Source: Paecilomyces variotii (taxonomy: Eukaryota). From it: a stretch of 64,000 nucleotides of DNA. The notes beneath the pieces were generated by a model that did no database searches, had not been told where the DNA came from, and saw only the letters and a list, made by a program, of their open reading frames with translations. Of this stretch, positions 11,982 through 24,849 are shown one piece after another. Positions within the stretch are counted from its first letter, which is position 1, and each line of letters starts with the position of its first letter. The stretch lies in NCBI GenBank assembly GCA_004022145.1, contig RCNU01000015.1; one strand, 5' to 3'. Both the position numbers and the translations under genes were made by a program.

Positions 11982-13629
11982 GTGGTCGGTTGCCGGTGTA
12001 TCCGCAGGCAGGATTGATTGAAATGTCGAGGAACTAGTTGGTCGAATCAGGCCTGGAGAAATCCTTTAATTTAATTCGGAGAAATGTCACCCGTGTCTTT
12101 TCATGCATTCATTCCTCTCGTAGTGTTATGATGTATTATTATTAAACGTGGTCGATCATTTGCTACGACTGCGTAGGTAGCTAGCTGGTCGGGCTAGCAA
12201 GCAACAATAAGACTGGCAGTACTTACTTTTATCCCAGATAACCACCAACCGACACCTCCACTCCTTATCTTGACAGCAGTATGTACTGTACCCCATCGAA
12301 ACGTCACTACTTACTTACTCCACCGACTAAATCTAAAATTCGCAAAGCCCTCAACTTGCAATCAACACGAAGAAAACAAACAAACTAATGTAATCTCCTT
12401 CCGCAAGGACCCGCCCCAAGGCAACATTGCAAAATCAAGAATTTGGGATTTTCCTTCCTTCCCCCCTTCCTTCCTCTTGGCCGAAACAACAAACAGCCAG
12501 GACAGGATATCAGTTAATTCCGCGAGGAGTAGGTAACTAGCTATTCCAATCTACGATACTTGGAGAAAGACAACTTCCATGCCGATGTTCCGGGGGAACA
12601 AACATACCATAAGCTAGGTATCTATCGCGAATACGAGAGATCTGGAACTTGAATGGTAAGCAAGGGTGGTCGTGCCATAACGCTGGTTCCTTACTTACTT
12701 GGATGAGTTAGCAATTCATGTCACTGCTTCCGTATAACTGGCTAGGAACTTGACTAAATCCCTGCACACTGTCTCCGGAGAAACAAGGCGGTATAGGTTA
12801 GACGAGCAAGTATGAAAGCTGTCAGCCACATCGTGTCGTATCGAATCATACATTCTTTGGGTTTCCTGGAAAACCAAACCAGGCCAAACCAAGCCTTTCG
12901 GCTGTGTTTGATTTAATCGAGCTCGATTTATTCGTTACGACCATGGCAATGCAATGTCCAATGACATCGGCTACATTACTCATAAATATATTCCATTAAA
13001 GGAAAGACGAATTCTTAAAAACATTCATCCATTCAATTCTCTTGTAATAATTGTCTAGCCATTCGGGGAACCACGGAAATTTCGCCAAAGTTAGTATACT
13101 AGTATACATTGATTGGCCTAGTTGGATTTGTTCCAGCGCCCAAACATGGAAGTTACATAATTAATTACAGTTAGTTAACTAACACTCTAAACATCACCTA
13201 TCCCGGTCAAAAGTCATGATGTCACTTGTGATTTACCAATGGATTAGGTATCTCCCAAGGGTTCTACGCAAGCCAGGCCAGATCAGGGATACGAGCAGAG
13301 AGGAGATGTGATTCCGCATGCGGCAGATTTCATTCATTCATTCTTTGGCGATAAGACAATAATCCAAGCCACACGAAGCCTAAAGAATGCAGGATTTATG
13401 TTGAATTTTTTGATCGCTTGCTAATTATTACCCTCTTCGTTTTCGAAAACATTCCTTGGATTCTTGGATTTGAATTAAAATCACCCAGGAGCTGCTGTCG
13501 TGCGTGTGGACCTGCTTAACTACCTACCTACCTATCTACCTTATAAGACTCGATCGCTCCATATACACATCCATACATACATATGACATTAAAAAACACA
13601 ACAGAGAAAAGAAAAAGGAGCCTGGCAAA

Positions 13630-15548
13630 ATGGCACCCTCCAGCTATCCCCCCTCCTTCAGCGAAGCTACCGTCGCCGGTCCCTCAAACGTCATGCGCCA
13701 GGACACCAGGCCTATCGACAACTACTACTTACCCAAAATAGACGTCCCAGAGGCCTTCGATACGAGTAATCGCCCTGATGAATGGAAAATCGAGCAAGGA
13801 ATGGCGGGGCATAAGCTGCCGATTCTCGATCAGACGGGGAGTGATACGATTCATATCTATCCGACCCATCCGCCGAGGAGGGTCAAGGATGAAGAAGCGA
13901 TTAAATCCGTGGGGGATAGAGATAAGGTGTTCGCGAGGGAGTTGGAGGGATGGAAGGGGTACGTTATATGACTGACTTATCTGATTGATCCTCGTAGAAA
14001 GAAAAGAAAAACCGGATGGGATTGGAAGTTGCAATTCTCTCAAGCTGACGATTCTATGAATCCCTTTCTAGATATGTCGAATGGGAAAAGTACCCCGAAA
14101 AGAAGGCCAAAGCACACAAGATCTTGACGTCTCAGACCTTCACCCCGAGTCCAGAGTACATGTTCGGTCCCATCCCCGACACGAACCCCGTGCTCACGGG
14201 CGAGGATTTCAAACAATGGCATCATGCCATCGGTGGAGAGCTCGCCAGCGTTCCAGAGGATTCATGGAACACTGTCCTCCGTGAAAAACACCCTGATATG
14301 CTGCATCTGCTCCAGTTTCCGTATAACGGCGAGCCGCCCAAACGCCTTGTCACGTCCAAGGTCATCACGCCGAATCCGTTGCATTTCGTCCGAAATCACG
14401 GCGGTATCCCAATTATCGACAAGGATAAGTGGAATCTGACACTGGATGGATTGGTCAGTCATCCCCAGACGTATACCCTGGAGGACCTTAAGGATGAGCG
14501 CAAGTTCCCGCGCATGGAGAAGCTGGTCACGATGCAGTGTTCAGGGACGAGGCGTATTGAGCAGATTTCCCTGTATGGGGGTCAGGGAGATGAAGTGCCG
14601 CAGGCTCCGTGGGCTGAAGGAGCCATTGGCACGGCGCGCTATGTGGGTATTAGCTTGAAGAAAGTAATCAAGGACTGCGGTGGCCTGATCAAGCCTGCGA
14701 AGCACCTGGAATTTTACGGCGCAGAGACCTATGTCAAGGACTTGGAAGTCATGAATTACGTCGTCAGCGTCCCGTGGTCCAAGGTCAAAGCTAACGAGGT
14801 CATGCTCGCCTGGGAGATGAACGGTGAGCCATTGCCCAAGATCCATGGATATCCCCTGCGAGTCGTGGTGTTGGGATACATTGGCGCGCGGAGCGTGAAG
14901 TGGCTGTATCGCATCAAGGCCATTGAGAATCCATCCCGAGCTCCTGTCCAGAGCAGGGAGTATCTGTACTTCAACCAGCAGGTTGGAAAGTACAACCTAC
15001 GGCCTACGGACGGCATCCAGATCCAAGAGATGCCCGTCAGTTCAGCCATCATGTCGCCCATCACCAAACAGGTTGTTATTCACAATGGTAAGATCCGATG
15101 CAAAGGCTGGGCCTATTCGGGTGGTGGCCGCTGGCCGGAGCGTGTCGAGTTATCAGCAGATGGCGGATTCACCTGGTACGATGTGCCACCCGAGAAACTC
15201 TCCAAGAAGGGTAAATGGCTGTGGCGCACCTGGGAGATCGACCTCCCCTGCGACGCGGAGGGCTGGATCGAAATCGTGTGCAGATGCTGGGACAACGCGC
15301 TGAACACGCAGCCGTTGAATGTGCGAGCAGCCTGGAATTGGGGTCTGCATGTCACGCATTCTGCGCATCGGATCAGTGTTTATAGCGTGAACAAGAGCAG
15401 ACCGCTCACAAGGAAGCGTCTGGACAAGTATGATCAGTTGGGGATCCCTCTGGCACCACTCACACGCTATGAAATCATCCAGAGCCAGACTCCGGAGGAA
15501 TATGAGGAGTATTGGAGGACTCACGAGCCGCGGGATGTGGACGAGTGA
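13630..15548 (+). CDS. Sulfite oxidase family molybdoenzyme (Moco-binding + dimerisation domains, no cytochrome b5 domain), 2 exons
   Basis: HFVRNHGGIP, TMQCSGTRR (Mo-ligating Cys), LAWEMNGEPLPKIHGYPLRVVVLGYIGARSVKWL and GWAYSGGGRWPERVELSADGG. Intron about 13959-14071. Confidence 0.92.
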
Positions 15549-15958
15549 GATGTTTGTTTTGTCTTTCGGTGTTGTTGTTAACAAGACAATTATTTAATAG
15601 TGATTTCCATTCTACTCTTACCTCGAGTAATATTATTATGGGTGATTTTATTTTTATTTTTGTTTTTATTTTTTCTTCGCCTGAGTTATTGCATCTTGCG
15701 TTTTTATGATTCTACAAAATCTCTGGTCCATCTGTTCTCCAATATACAATATAGCAGGCACCAGATCAATTTGCAGTATAAGGCGCATGCCGGCTAAACA
15801 GTAACAAGAGCCCCGGATCATATCTCTGCTTCTTTTACTAACATGTGCTTTTTCATGCGGAGAACTGCCAGTATCATACCTCGTTTTCATACTCGGAATG
15901 TCGTAGCACTAGTGTGACGTCATGGCAATCTGCTACGGGTGCTACGGGTAATTAAACA

Positions 15959-16001
15959 GGTACTATAACTGGGATACTCGGGTACTATAGCTGGGATACT
16001 C
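15959..16001 (+). repeat. Direct repeat GGTACTATA(A/G)CTGGGATACTC x2, preceded by TGCTACGGG x2
   Basis: Read directly. Confidence 0.75.
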
Positions 16002-17724
16002 ATTGAGGATGCAAGAAGATGAAATTTTCTGAATTGTATTATAATATTAGGTAGATATTTTTGCCAAGTTGAACCGACAATAGAGCGAAAGGTTGTCCTG
16101 GGTTGACGCGGAAGGAACTCATGACGGCATATAGTCGACTTCGTTTGTCAGTGGCAACTGCATTTACTTCTATAAGAACAGAGCGCAGGTCAGCCATCAT
16201 ATCTGCGGCCTTTAACGAGGACCAGCTTTCAATCCTGTCCGGAGGAGATACGTACTCCGCAGCTCTTGCAGGTACAGTTATTGCCACACGAGCAATTCTG
16301 GGGACCGCTGCAGTTACACTGTTGTCCGCAACCGCAAGCCATGGTGGGATTGGGAGTTCAAATGATCAAGATATATATAGAATCTTTGAGATCGATGATG
16401 GTTTGGTAGCTCGAGTATTGCGTGCTTGAAGCTGAATGTTAGATCAGCGAGGACCTTCTGAGAGCCCTTATTTATATTCGACCGGGAGCGCCACTTCAGA
16501 CGCTTTGCTTGGCTCGGCGGCATCACCATGGCGTCAGGACCGTAGAAGTTGTCATCCCTACGTGGCGTGGATACAGAGAGAACGAACGCGGATGCCATGG
16601 ATTTTTCTATGTGGTCTTCACTTTTAGATTTATTATGGCGTATTTTGTATTCATTGGAGGCGACTCTAGCAGTCGAGGAAATTGTTTCCTATTGGCTGGG
16701 GACTTTAGCTTCATATCTATCCTCTTCGCTACGCATAAACAGTAAGAAAGTCGCTATTTCTTCATATTAATAGGTATGCGGAGAATGTTACTCTTTGCCG
16801 TCTATTATTGATGTCTTGCGTATTGGATAGATATCTTCCGAATGAACGGATACTTCACTCCATTTCCTGTCGTTTTGAGAGATTACATGCTGTTGTCTTT
16901 GAATTGCGCATAATACAAGACAAAGCCTTTGGATGCGTCTCGAATATAAGAAAAGGTGATTAGGATGTCGTGCCAGAGGTATCTGCACTTGCTTTCTTGG
17001 TTAAGTAAGGAGCATGAGCACATGTTCTTCCGCTATATAGCATCATCAACGCCGTCTTCATCCACTGTTATTATGAGTTATTTCTGCGTACTGGAACCTA
17101 TTGAACCGTCTCGCCAGTAACGCTTAGACCCTTGAATTATCGATTGGAGCCCTTTGTCTCCTAGACTCTTTGCCTAAATAGGAAGCGGCCTGCCGACTCA
17201 GCACATCCTACTTCCTAGTCACTAGGAGAAGCTCGAAGTCTTTCTAACTGACTGTGCGTGAGGCTAAGCCGTGAAGGTTCCTATCCAAGATTCCATGGTA
17301 GGTAGGTACCTACTTAAGTATCTAGGTATCCTACTAGGTCCACAGGCCTAAAATATCATGTTGTGTTAGGTAGTTAAGAGAAGTTACGTGATCCTGAATT
17401 CAGTTACAGTACATAATAAGAGTCTTATTGTGAATAGATACTTTATATGTTCTATATATGTCAATGTCAAGTCTATAATCATTAATAATGCTTGGTATCT
17501 AGACAACTATCCTAATGATGCCTTTGAGACCAAGTGATGGAAATGAAGCTGATATAACTAACAGCAGTCCTAAAATTAACTAGCTTAGTCTACCACAAAC
17601 TGGTACTGGATAATACGACATATCTACAACACAGTACACCCACTTACATTCATCCACTTTCTTATCTCTTAACTGAACCATTTTCTTCTTCAGTCACGCC
17701 CATCCATCTCGATTTGACTCCACT

Positions 17725-18887
17725 ATGGAGTCTATTCATGATGACCAGATACTAAAACGAGCTCTCCTAAGGGACAAGTACACCCAGGTGGTGTCAAACC
17801 TACTCAAGGAACTGAACTCCCAGGCAAAGACAGCTTATGCACATGATGAGCTCACTAATCTTGGGGTTTCTCTTGGATGCTTCGACCCGTCCGATCATAT
17901 ATTCCTCGATTCCAAAGCGTGCCTTTTCAAGCCTCTGTCCTTGAAGGAGTTCAAAGAGTACTCTCTTCTCGAATCCGAATTGAATCAAGGCGCTTGTAGA
18001 TACTATTACTTGCGATTTGATAAGATATAGACGACCCCGCGAAGGAAAAAAATGCATCCTCTTCCAGTATTATGTGGGATAGAGCAAATCAAATTTTCGA
18101 ATACTTAGATACCGGTTACACCAGCTTGCGTAAGAAGAGCGTTGACAATCTTGACTTTTTCGACGAAGTCTCTGGATGGGACCAGATCAAGTAAGCTAGA
18201 ATCGAATTATCTGCAAGATAGATATATTATACTGATACACAGGTTTAATAACGCAGACATGATAATTCGTTTCTCGATGGAGGAAAGGGACTATTGCTTG
18301 GCCTTCGCGAGGGCAGAGATATTCCAAGATGGGGTTGTAAGGCTGAGCGCGAATGGCAGGAAGACTATGAAGACCCAAGGACAATTCGCCCACATATAAT
18401 GCTCATCATTTGCACTGGAGCGGAGGCCAAAGATAATGAATTACTTTTTGGCGAGCTAGGGCCTATCGCGCAAGCAATCCGAAACCGTCTAAGGCAGAAG
18501 GAATTTGAGAAGACATCCCTCTTCCCGGTATATTTTAACTAATTTTCCTTCTTCAGACCAGCATATATGCTAATCATCTACTCTAAACTCGATAGGTGCT
18601 GGCCGTTTCGCTTTTTGGGCCACGACATGGGCGTCTCCTACAAGCCAATTTCAACAATTCCAGTATCCTAGAAGTCCGTTCCTCGCCTATCTACAGCTTC
18701 ATACGCAAAGACAGCGCACCATTCGAGCTTTTTCTTCGCTACTATGCCTGTGAACCTCTGGATGGTCCAGAGTATGAGTTCAGCGACGATACCCAGACCC
18801 ATCAGTATGTTTCCCCACAACCCGGATCCGACATTGAAAACATACCCCCCCAAGGAAAGCGATACTTCATCTGCTGAAGAACCATAA
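17725..18887 (+). pseudogene. Frameshifted copy of a fungal hypothetical gene, paralog of 39458-40631
   Basis: Same 3-exon structure and similar peptides (RALLRDKY; RPHI.LIICTGAEAKDNELL.GELGPIAQAI.NRL.QKEFEKTSLFPVLA.SLFGPRHGRLLQA). A 1-nt deletion creates TAG at 18028-18030 and there is an extra C in the run at ~18845-18851. Confidence 0.75.
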
Positions 18888-21569
18888 AACCGACATGTTC
18901 CTATGCTGATAAGAAGAAGTTCCACAAGGCAGGACCGACGAAAGGACCTTGCGTTCCGTTTGCGACCGAGACAGTTATGGGGATAGCCGACAACTGCTTT
19001 GCAATAAGTGTCTCGATTGCAATTGTGGATATCAGCGATCTAAGTATTTCGGGCATTAAATTGGACTGAACCAAGTATCTGAGCATTTCTGGCGATGTTC
19101 GTTCAATAGGACCATGTACCCAAGAATAGTTCATAATCACATCTTTTCAACCCAGTGGATGAAGACAGTGTTTGTGATGCCATTTATTTAAAGAAAATAC
19201 TCCTATCTTATCTTCAAGACACGTCTAAAGGCCTTGTATTTTGCGTAGTTCGAAGACAATCGATACTAGTGGCTCGTGTCAATAAAGTTATCGTGTAGTA
19301 TGAATGAATCCAGACTCATATTCCTCCGAATTACCCGCCTTCATCCCAAATGGGCCTTGCTGGGTTAGAATATTTACATTAATACCTATAGCTAGTTAGG
19401 TAGTTAGTATATCAGTAGATTATAAATTAGCATCACCCCTTCCCCATCAGGATTATATCTAAACATTTCACTCCATGGACCCACCCCCTCGAAATAATAT
19501 ATAAATTGTTAGAGGTCCAGGTAGAGTCTCGACAAACCAGGAGTTCTCCTTTTTGGTCGAGTGGCAGAAAGCCATCATAAATCAATAACATATCCGTGGT
19601 ATCGATTCTACATATAACTCTATTTGGACCGGATTTGCTGCGTAAAATATTTTTCATCCTCGAGGTTTCCCATATAAGATCTGCAAGAGCCGGAACAGCG
19701 ACATCCCCGTTAATTGATACCCAACTCTGCAGTAAAGTTGGACAACACTGGGTGGGTACAAGTTGTTCAACCTGGAGTATGCCACATATTGCGGGGGCCC
19801 AACAGTCATGCTAGGAAAACAGCAAGTCATCTGCAAGTGGCTTTCCTTTTCGGCGGACACCCTCGGGAGATGATGTCCAGCTGGCCTTGGCCGTTTCAGG
19901 CAAGGTCACCACCCAACCTTAGATTTGATACCGGTTGCTCTCAGATGATGTGTTGGAACGGGCCGGTTGGTTGGACAGGATAGGATAAGTAGTCACCGTG
20001 GACAAAACATGTTCTGGGGCTCCCTGGGTACTTAGCATTCTTGTCATCGCAGTAGAATGGGATATGTGTGTCAAAAGAAGTCACCGGCTGACCGGAATAT
20101 TATTACTGTACTCAAAAGGGTAATCAGCAGCGTACCAAGGCACTTTAGTCAACAATTTATCGACTGCTGATCAGATGATTAAATTAACATTCGTGGATGA
20201 GACCTTTTAAGACGCGGATCTTCCCGACAAGTCATCCATTCACGGGGCATGTCAGTCAGAGATGGACTGCTATCTTGTTGTACCTGGAATGCGCCAGCGA
20301 TGTGTTCCTTTATTGTACTCCTCAAAAGAAGACGGTTTCCTTGATAACGATAAGCGGATGGTTGGCGTCACGGCCATGTTATCGCTGACGATCTGGTGCC
20401 GTAGGTTGGCGGTGTTTGGTCTGCTTTTATTTAATAGTACTCTGGAGAAGAAACTGCTTGCCCCAGGCAGAAGTGATAGTGTACAATATGAGGAAGGATA
20501 TTCATCCAGCTGAAGCAACTGGGATTATATAAATATTTTCTGTGGGAGATTTCGTAGATTCAGGATGTTAGAAGTCTCCCGGGTGTCGCAGAGAGGATTA
20601 TTACTTACAGTTTCGCCCCACGGCCACGGGGGAGTAATAATAAGTTACGCTGGGCGGCCGTACTCTAGGCCAACCACCGACGACTTCGGTGCTCGACTTT
20701 CGCTGCTTAACACACCTTTATCGACCCCCTCGTCCTGCTCACTACCGTATCCTACCCCTACGCTCAGCTCCATTCCTTTGATAGTGTACCGCATTGGAGC
20801 TTCTGGCCTCTCTTTCGAGCCGTTTGTGTCGTTGTTGCCACTAAATCCCGTCCGTCATCGCCCGCCAGCTTCCTACGCCCAGACGACAGCTCAACTTGCG
20901 TCAGATCTCCAGGGAGATAAGCCGCGAAACGAGCACGACCAAAACTGCATACAGAGCTTCAGCTGGGAGGGAGAATCCTGGATAGTTACCTCAGGGAGTG
21001 CTGTTATCTCTTTGGACCTCATCGAGAATTGACCGATTCTTGAACTGTGACTGGATCCCGCACGTGGGACATCGCTGCGGCGTTAGCAGACATCCCACGA
21101 CTGCTTCAGGCCTGCTCACCTGGTTCTCTCACAGAGCCAGGACGAAGGGCAGGTCTCCGTCTTCGATCTGGCAAACTCTTCCCCGTATATACCCACCTCA
21201 GCCGCCTCCGACCGCCCTCATCTTCCTATCACCATAGATTCTGCTGCGTCTCCTCGTCAAAGAGACGCCCAGGACTCAGCTGCAGCTCCCGCTTCTTCAA
21301 CGGAACGTGGTGTCGAGTCTGAGTCTCTACGAACTACTGTCGACAGTAGATATACTGTTTCATCTGATTCACGGTCGTTACGAACTTCCAACCGCCGCCG
21401 TCGCCGCCGTTCATCACCCGACCCCTCGGACAATACCACTGCGGGGGAAGGAAGCTTACAGTGGGAGCAAGACAGAAGCGGGGCTGCTTCTGAAGAATAC
21501 AATATCAATCAACAATATTCCCGTGAAGAGGGGCGTTCGCGGTCTCCCAAGCGCAGGCGTTTGGCAAAT

Positions 21570-23701
21570 ATGCGACCCGATGGTGAAGTATCGACAAATT
21601 CGAATGGCTTCTCACAGACGTCCAACGGCCTCGCAGCATCACCACTAAGCAAGTCCTCCATCTCGAGCTCTCTGAATGGCCGCTCACTGTCTCGAAACAC
21701 ATCGAACGGACAACCGCAAGCGAACGGATCATCTAAAAAGTCTTCAAGTGCACCGTCATATTTTGGTCATGATCGGGAGGAGGTGACAAGAATTCTAATT
21801 CAGAGTTTATACGATCTGGGCTACAATGAATCTGCCGATACATTGACTCGAGAAAGTGGTTATCAACTGGAAAGTCCTGCTGTAGCTGCCTTCAGGAGTG
21901 CAATTCTGGATGGACAGTGGACAGACGCCGAGAACATATTGATCCGCTCTTTCCGCCGTGACGGTAGCAGTGGTGCTGTAGGTGATAGTGATGGCCAGAT
22001 TCAGAATGAACCAAGACTAGTCTTGGCGGAGAATGCAGACAAGAACGAAATGTTGTTTTGCCTCCGGCAACAAAAGTTTCTCGAGCTATTGGAAGCGCGG
22101 GATCTTGGTGCAGCATTAATGGTCCTTCGTCAAGAGCTGACACCACTCAATTATAATATCCCCCAGCTCCACGCTCTTTCAAGGTGAGATTAGATTCGAT
22201 GGGTCTGTCGTCACTCTTGCCTTAGGAGCGTATACTAAGCGGTCTTTTCATATAGTCTCCTCATGTGCCCCGCCGAGCATTTGCATGAACAAGCCGGTTG
22301 GGACGGACCTTTGGGTCCCTCTCGAGAACGATTATTGTCGGAATTATCAAGTGAGTTTTATACCTTCAAAGTCAAGTGTTTCATCGCATAAATGCTAAGC
22401 AGCACCAGAGTCCATATCACCATCGGTTATGATACCGGACCACCGTCTCGCTGTGTTGTTGAACCATGTAAAGCAGAGCCAGATCAACCAGTGTCTCTAT
22501 CACAATACTGCTGCGGCTCCCTCACTTTATTCCGATCATATGTGTGACAGGAATGATTTCCCGCTCCGCGCTACTATTGAGCTGAGCCAGCATTCCAACG
22601 AAGTCTGGTACTGTGAATTTTCTCATGATGGCACGAAACTAGCAACAGCAAGTCGAGATCACAGCGTCATAATCTACGATACTGCTACATTTACTGTTTT
22701 GCACAGATTCGTGGAGCACGAAGGGCCGGTAGCTCATGTGAGTTGGAGTCCAGATGACACAAAATTAATTGCGTGCTCTCAGGACAAAAAGGCTCGAGTA
22801 TGGAATGTAGAGGTAGGTGTCACCATTGCCCCTATTTCTGAACGCAAAGCTTACGGTTCCTTTGTAGACGGGACTCCTTCTTCTCACCATCGACCACCAC
22901 AGCGAGCCAGTAACAGCGGCAGCTTGGGCTGCAGATGGACAGTCTTTTGTAACAGCATCTCTTGATCTCACGTCGTCGCTTTGTCACTGGAGTATTGGAG
23001 GTGATCCATTGTACAGGTGGCCTGGGGCTTTCCGAGTCCAAGACTGTGCCATAACGCCAGATGGGAGACGGTTAATTGCGGCTGATGTCGATAAGAGAGT
23101 CCATGTTTACAACTTCTCAACACACGAAGAAGACTATTGCTTATCTTTGAAGAGCAAGCCAACATCTGTCACTGTTAGTCATGACTCGAGGTATATGCTG
23201 GTCAACCTCGCGGAGGGGCAGATACAACTTATCGATATTGAGACCACGGACGTTATACGACGGTTCCGAGGGCAGAAGCAAGGCGAGTATGTTATCCGAA
23301 GTACTTTCGGCGGTGCGGCGGAAAATTTCGTTGTCAGTGGTAGTGAAGGTAAAATATTTAATCTTCCAGTTTCTCCATGTTCTAACTTGGTGCAGACGCT
23401 CGAATATACATTTGGCACAAAGAAAATAGTACCCTCGTGGAGACATTAGAGGGTCACTTGTCCGGTTGTGTCAATGCAATCTCGTGGAACCCCGCCGATC
23501 CCGGCATGTTTGCCTCCGCCGGCGACGACCGAATAGTTCGAATGTATGTTAGCCATGTCTCCATCTAACGATCCTTCAGTATTAACACGATTTAGCTGGA
23601 CACGGGAACCTCCGAGTGACGCAGCAGCAGGGAAACGCAGAATACCTTCGTCAAACGGGTTTGCGCGTACAAGCGCGTTGCGATCGACGACGAGTCTTTA
23701 A
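21570..23701 (+). CDS. gid7: WD40 repeat protein WDR26/GID7 (LisH-CTLH + WD40; GID/CTLH ubiquitin ligase subunit). First AUG is 21570; the true start may be upstream.
   Basis: DREEVTRILIQSLYDLGY..SA..L.RESG (LisH), QQKFLELLE (CTLH), MIPDHRLAVLL, and WD repeats HSNEVWYCEFSHDGTKLATASRD and IRSTFGGAAENFVVSGSED. Confidence 0.88.
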
Positions 23702-24849
23702 CCCGGAAACACTCATAATCAAGTCATTCCATGTAGCTTCGTTCTGCCGTCTTGCATCATCCGGAGAGAATCATACCCAAGATTTCTTCTTTTTCCCTGA
23801 AAACATCGGGTCTCTTCTGCATTTTAGACATATTTTCCTCATCTGTGACTTGGCCCCTTGCAATGTTCATGCGCATTTTTGAGAAAGACAGCGGAGTGGA
23901 CCCTCTCTCATTTTGGCACACAAACATATCACACCCATTTCTAGGTCCTTGCATCACTGGTCATTGAACAAGTCTCACCATTTTTCATGTTGTTTGTTAT
24001 GCGAATTGTTCATCATCGGGTCGTGGTGAAACTGGTTGCGAGGCTAACTTACGGTGGCGGAGTGCGGTCCTGTGTCTTGCTTTTCCCTTACTCCATTTAC
24101 TCTGAGTATTTACCAGCAATTACGTCTGTTCGTATGTCTTTTTCTTTTAACCTCCGGTCTTTCATCGAAGATAAAATCGAGTAATGCATCGTCGTTCAGG
24201 TATACGTACGATATTAACTGGAAATGGTATCACGGCGAGAAGAAGTCTGCATGATTCATTACCACTTCAGTTATCTTCCACGCCGAACAGGATGAAAATA
24301 AAACAAAAGTCTCAATATATCATTTCTCTCATTCATACGGTAACTCATAATGGAGCTCTGATTAGGCTCTCAGAAACACGCCAAGTGGACGACTGATGTC
24401 CATAGTTCATGCCATTATTTGGAAAGTGAAAATTAACAATATCCCACTAGATAATTTGAAGAAAAGGCCGAAAGGCCCTTCGGTTTTGCTGTTTGATGGA
24501 TATTGAAAAGCTATAGCTGTTGCGGCAAGAAAGCGAAAAGGTGGATGTTAGCTTTGCTGGTTTGGATTTGGAATGAGTTGTGATGATAGGAACGGGGAGA
24601 CTCACCAATTTGGTATTTTTCCCATTTCCTCCACGCTTGTACCGGCCTTCCCTGTTGTTTCTTGTTTCTGGCTATGCTATGATGCAGCCAGAGAACGCAA
24701 TGTAACCATCTCTGGCCCTAAGATGGATTTTATCCATTGCCCGCTTGATGCTAGTTGCCCAGGAGGATCCCGCTTTCGACACGGGAGACTAAGAAAAGGT
24801 CTTGTAACAGGTGAGGAGAAAGAACATTCCGTGCAATAAGAGTCCTCCA

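Noticed and set aside
11960-12020. Peroxisomal targeting of the catalase by PTS1 or stop read-through
   Set aside because: It ends in SKK, which is not a canonical PTS1, and read-through of the TAG gives ...RQD*, also not PTS1.
4043-15548. Functional link between THI5 and sulfite oxidase, since sulfite cleaves thiamine
   Set aside because: Chemically appealing, but the genes are separated by unrelated genes and a MITE, and nothing in the sequence supports co-regulation.
19433-19657. DQKGELLV resembling an adenylation-domain GEL motif
   Set aside because: Too short, with no other AMP-binding motifs nearby.
5500-20500. Starship or other giant transposon explaining the accessory tracts (also 39000-54300)
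   Set aside because: No tyrosine-recombinase (DUF3435) captain and no convincing boundary repeats were seen. The auxin-efflux gene inside tract 2 looks like a resident gene.
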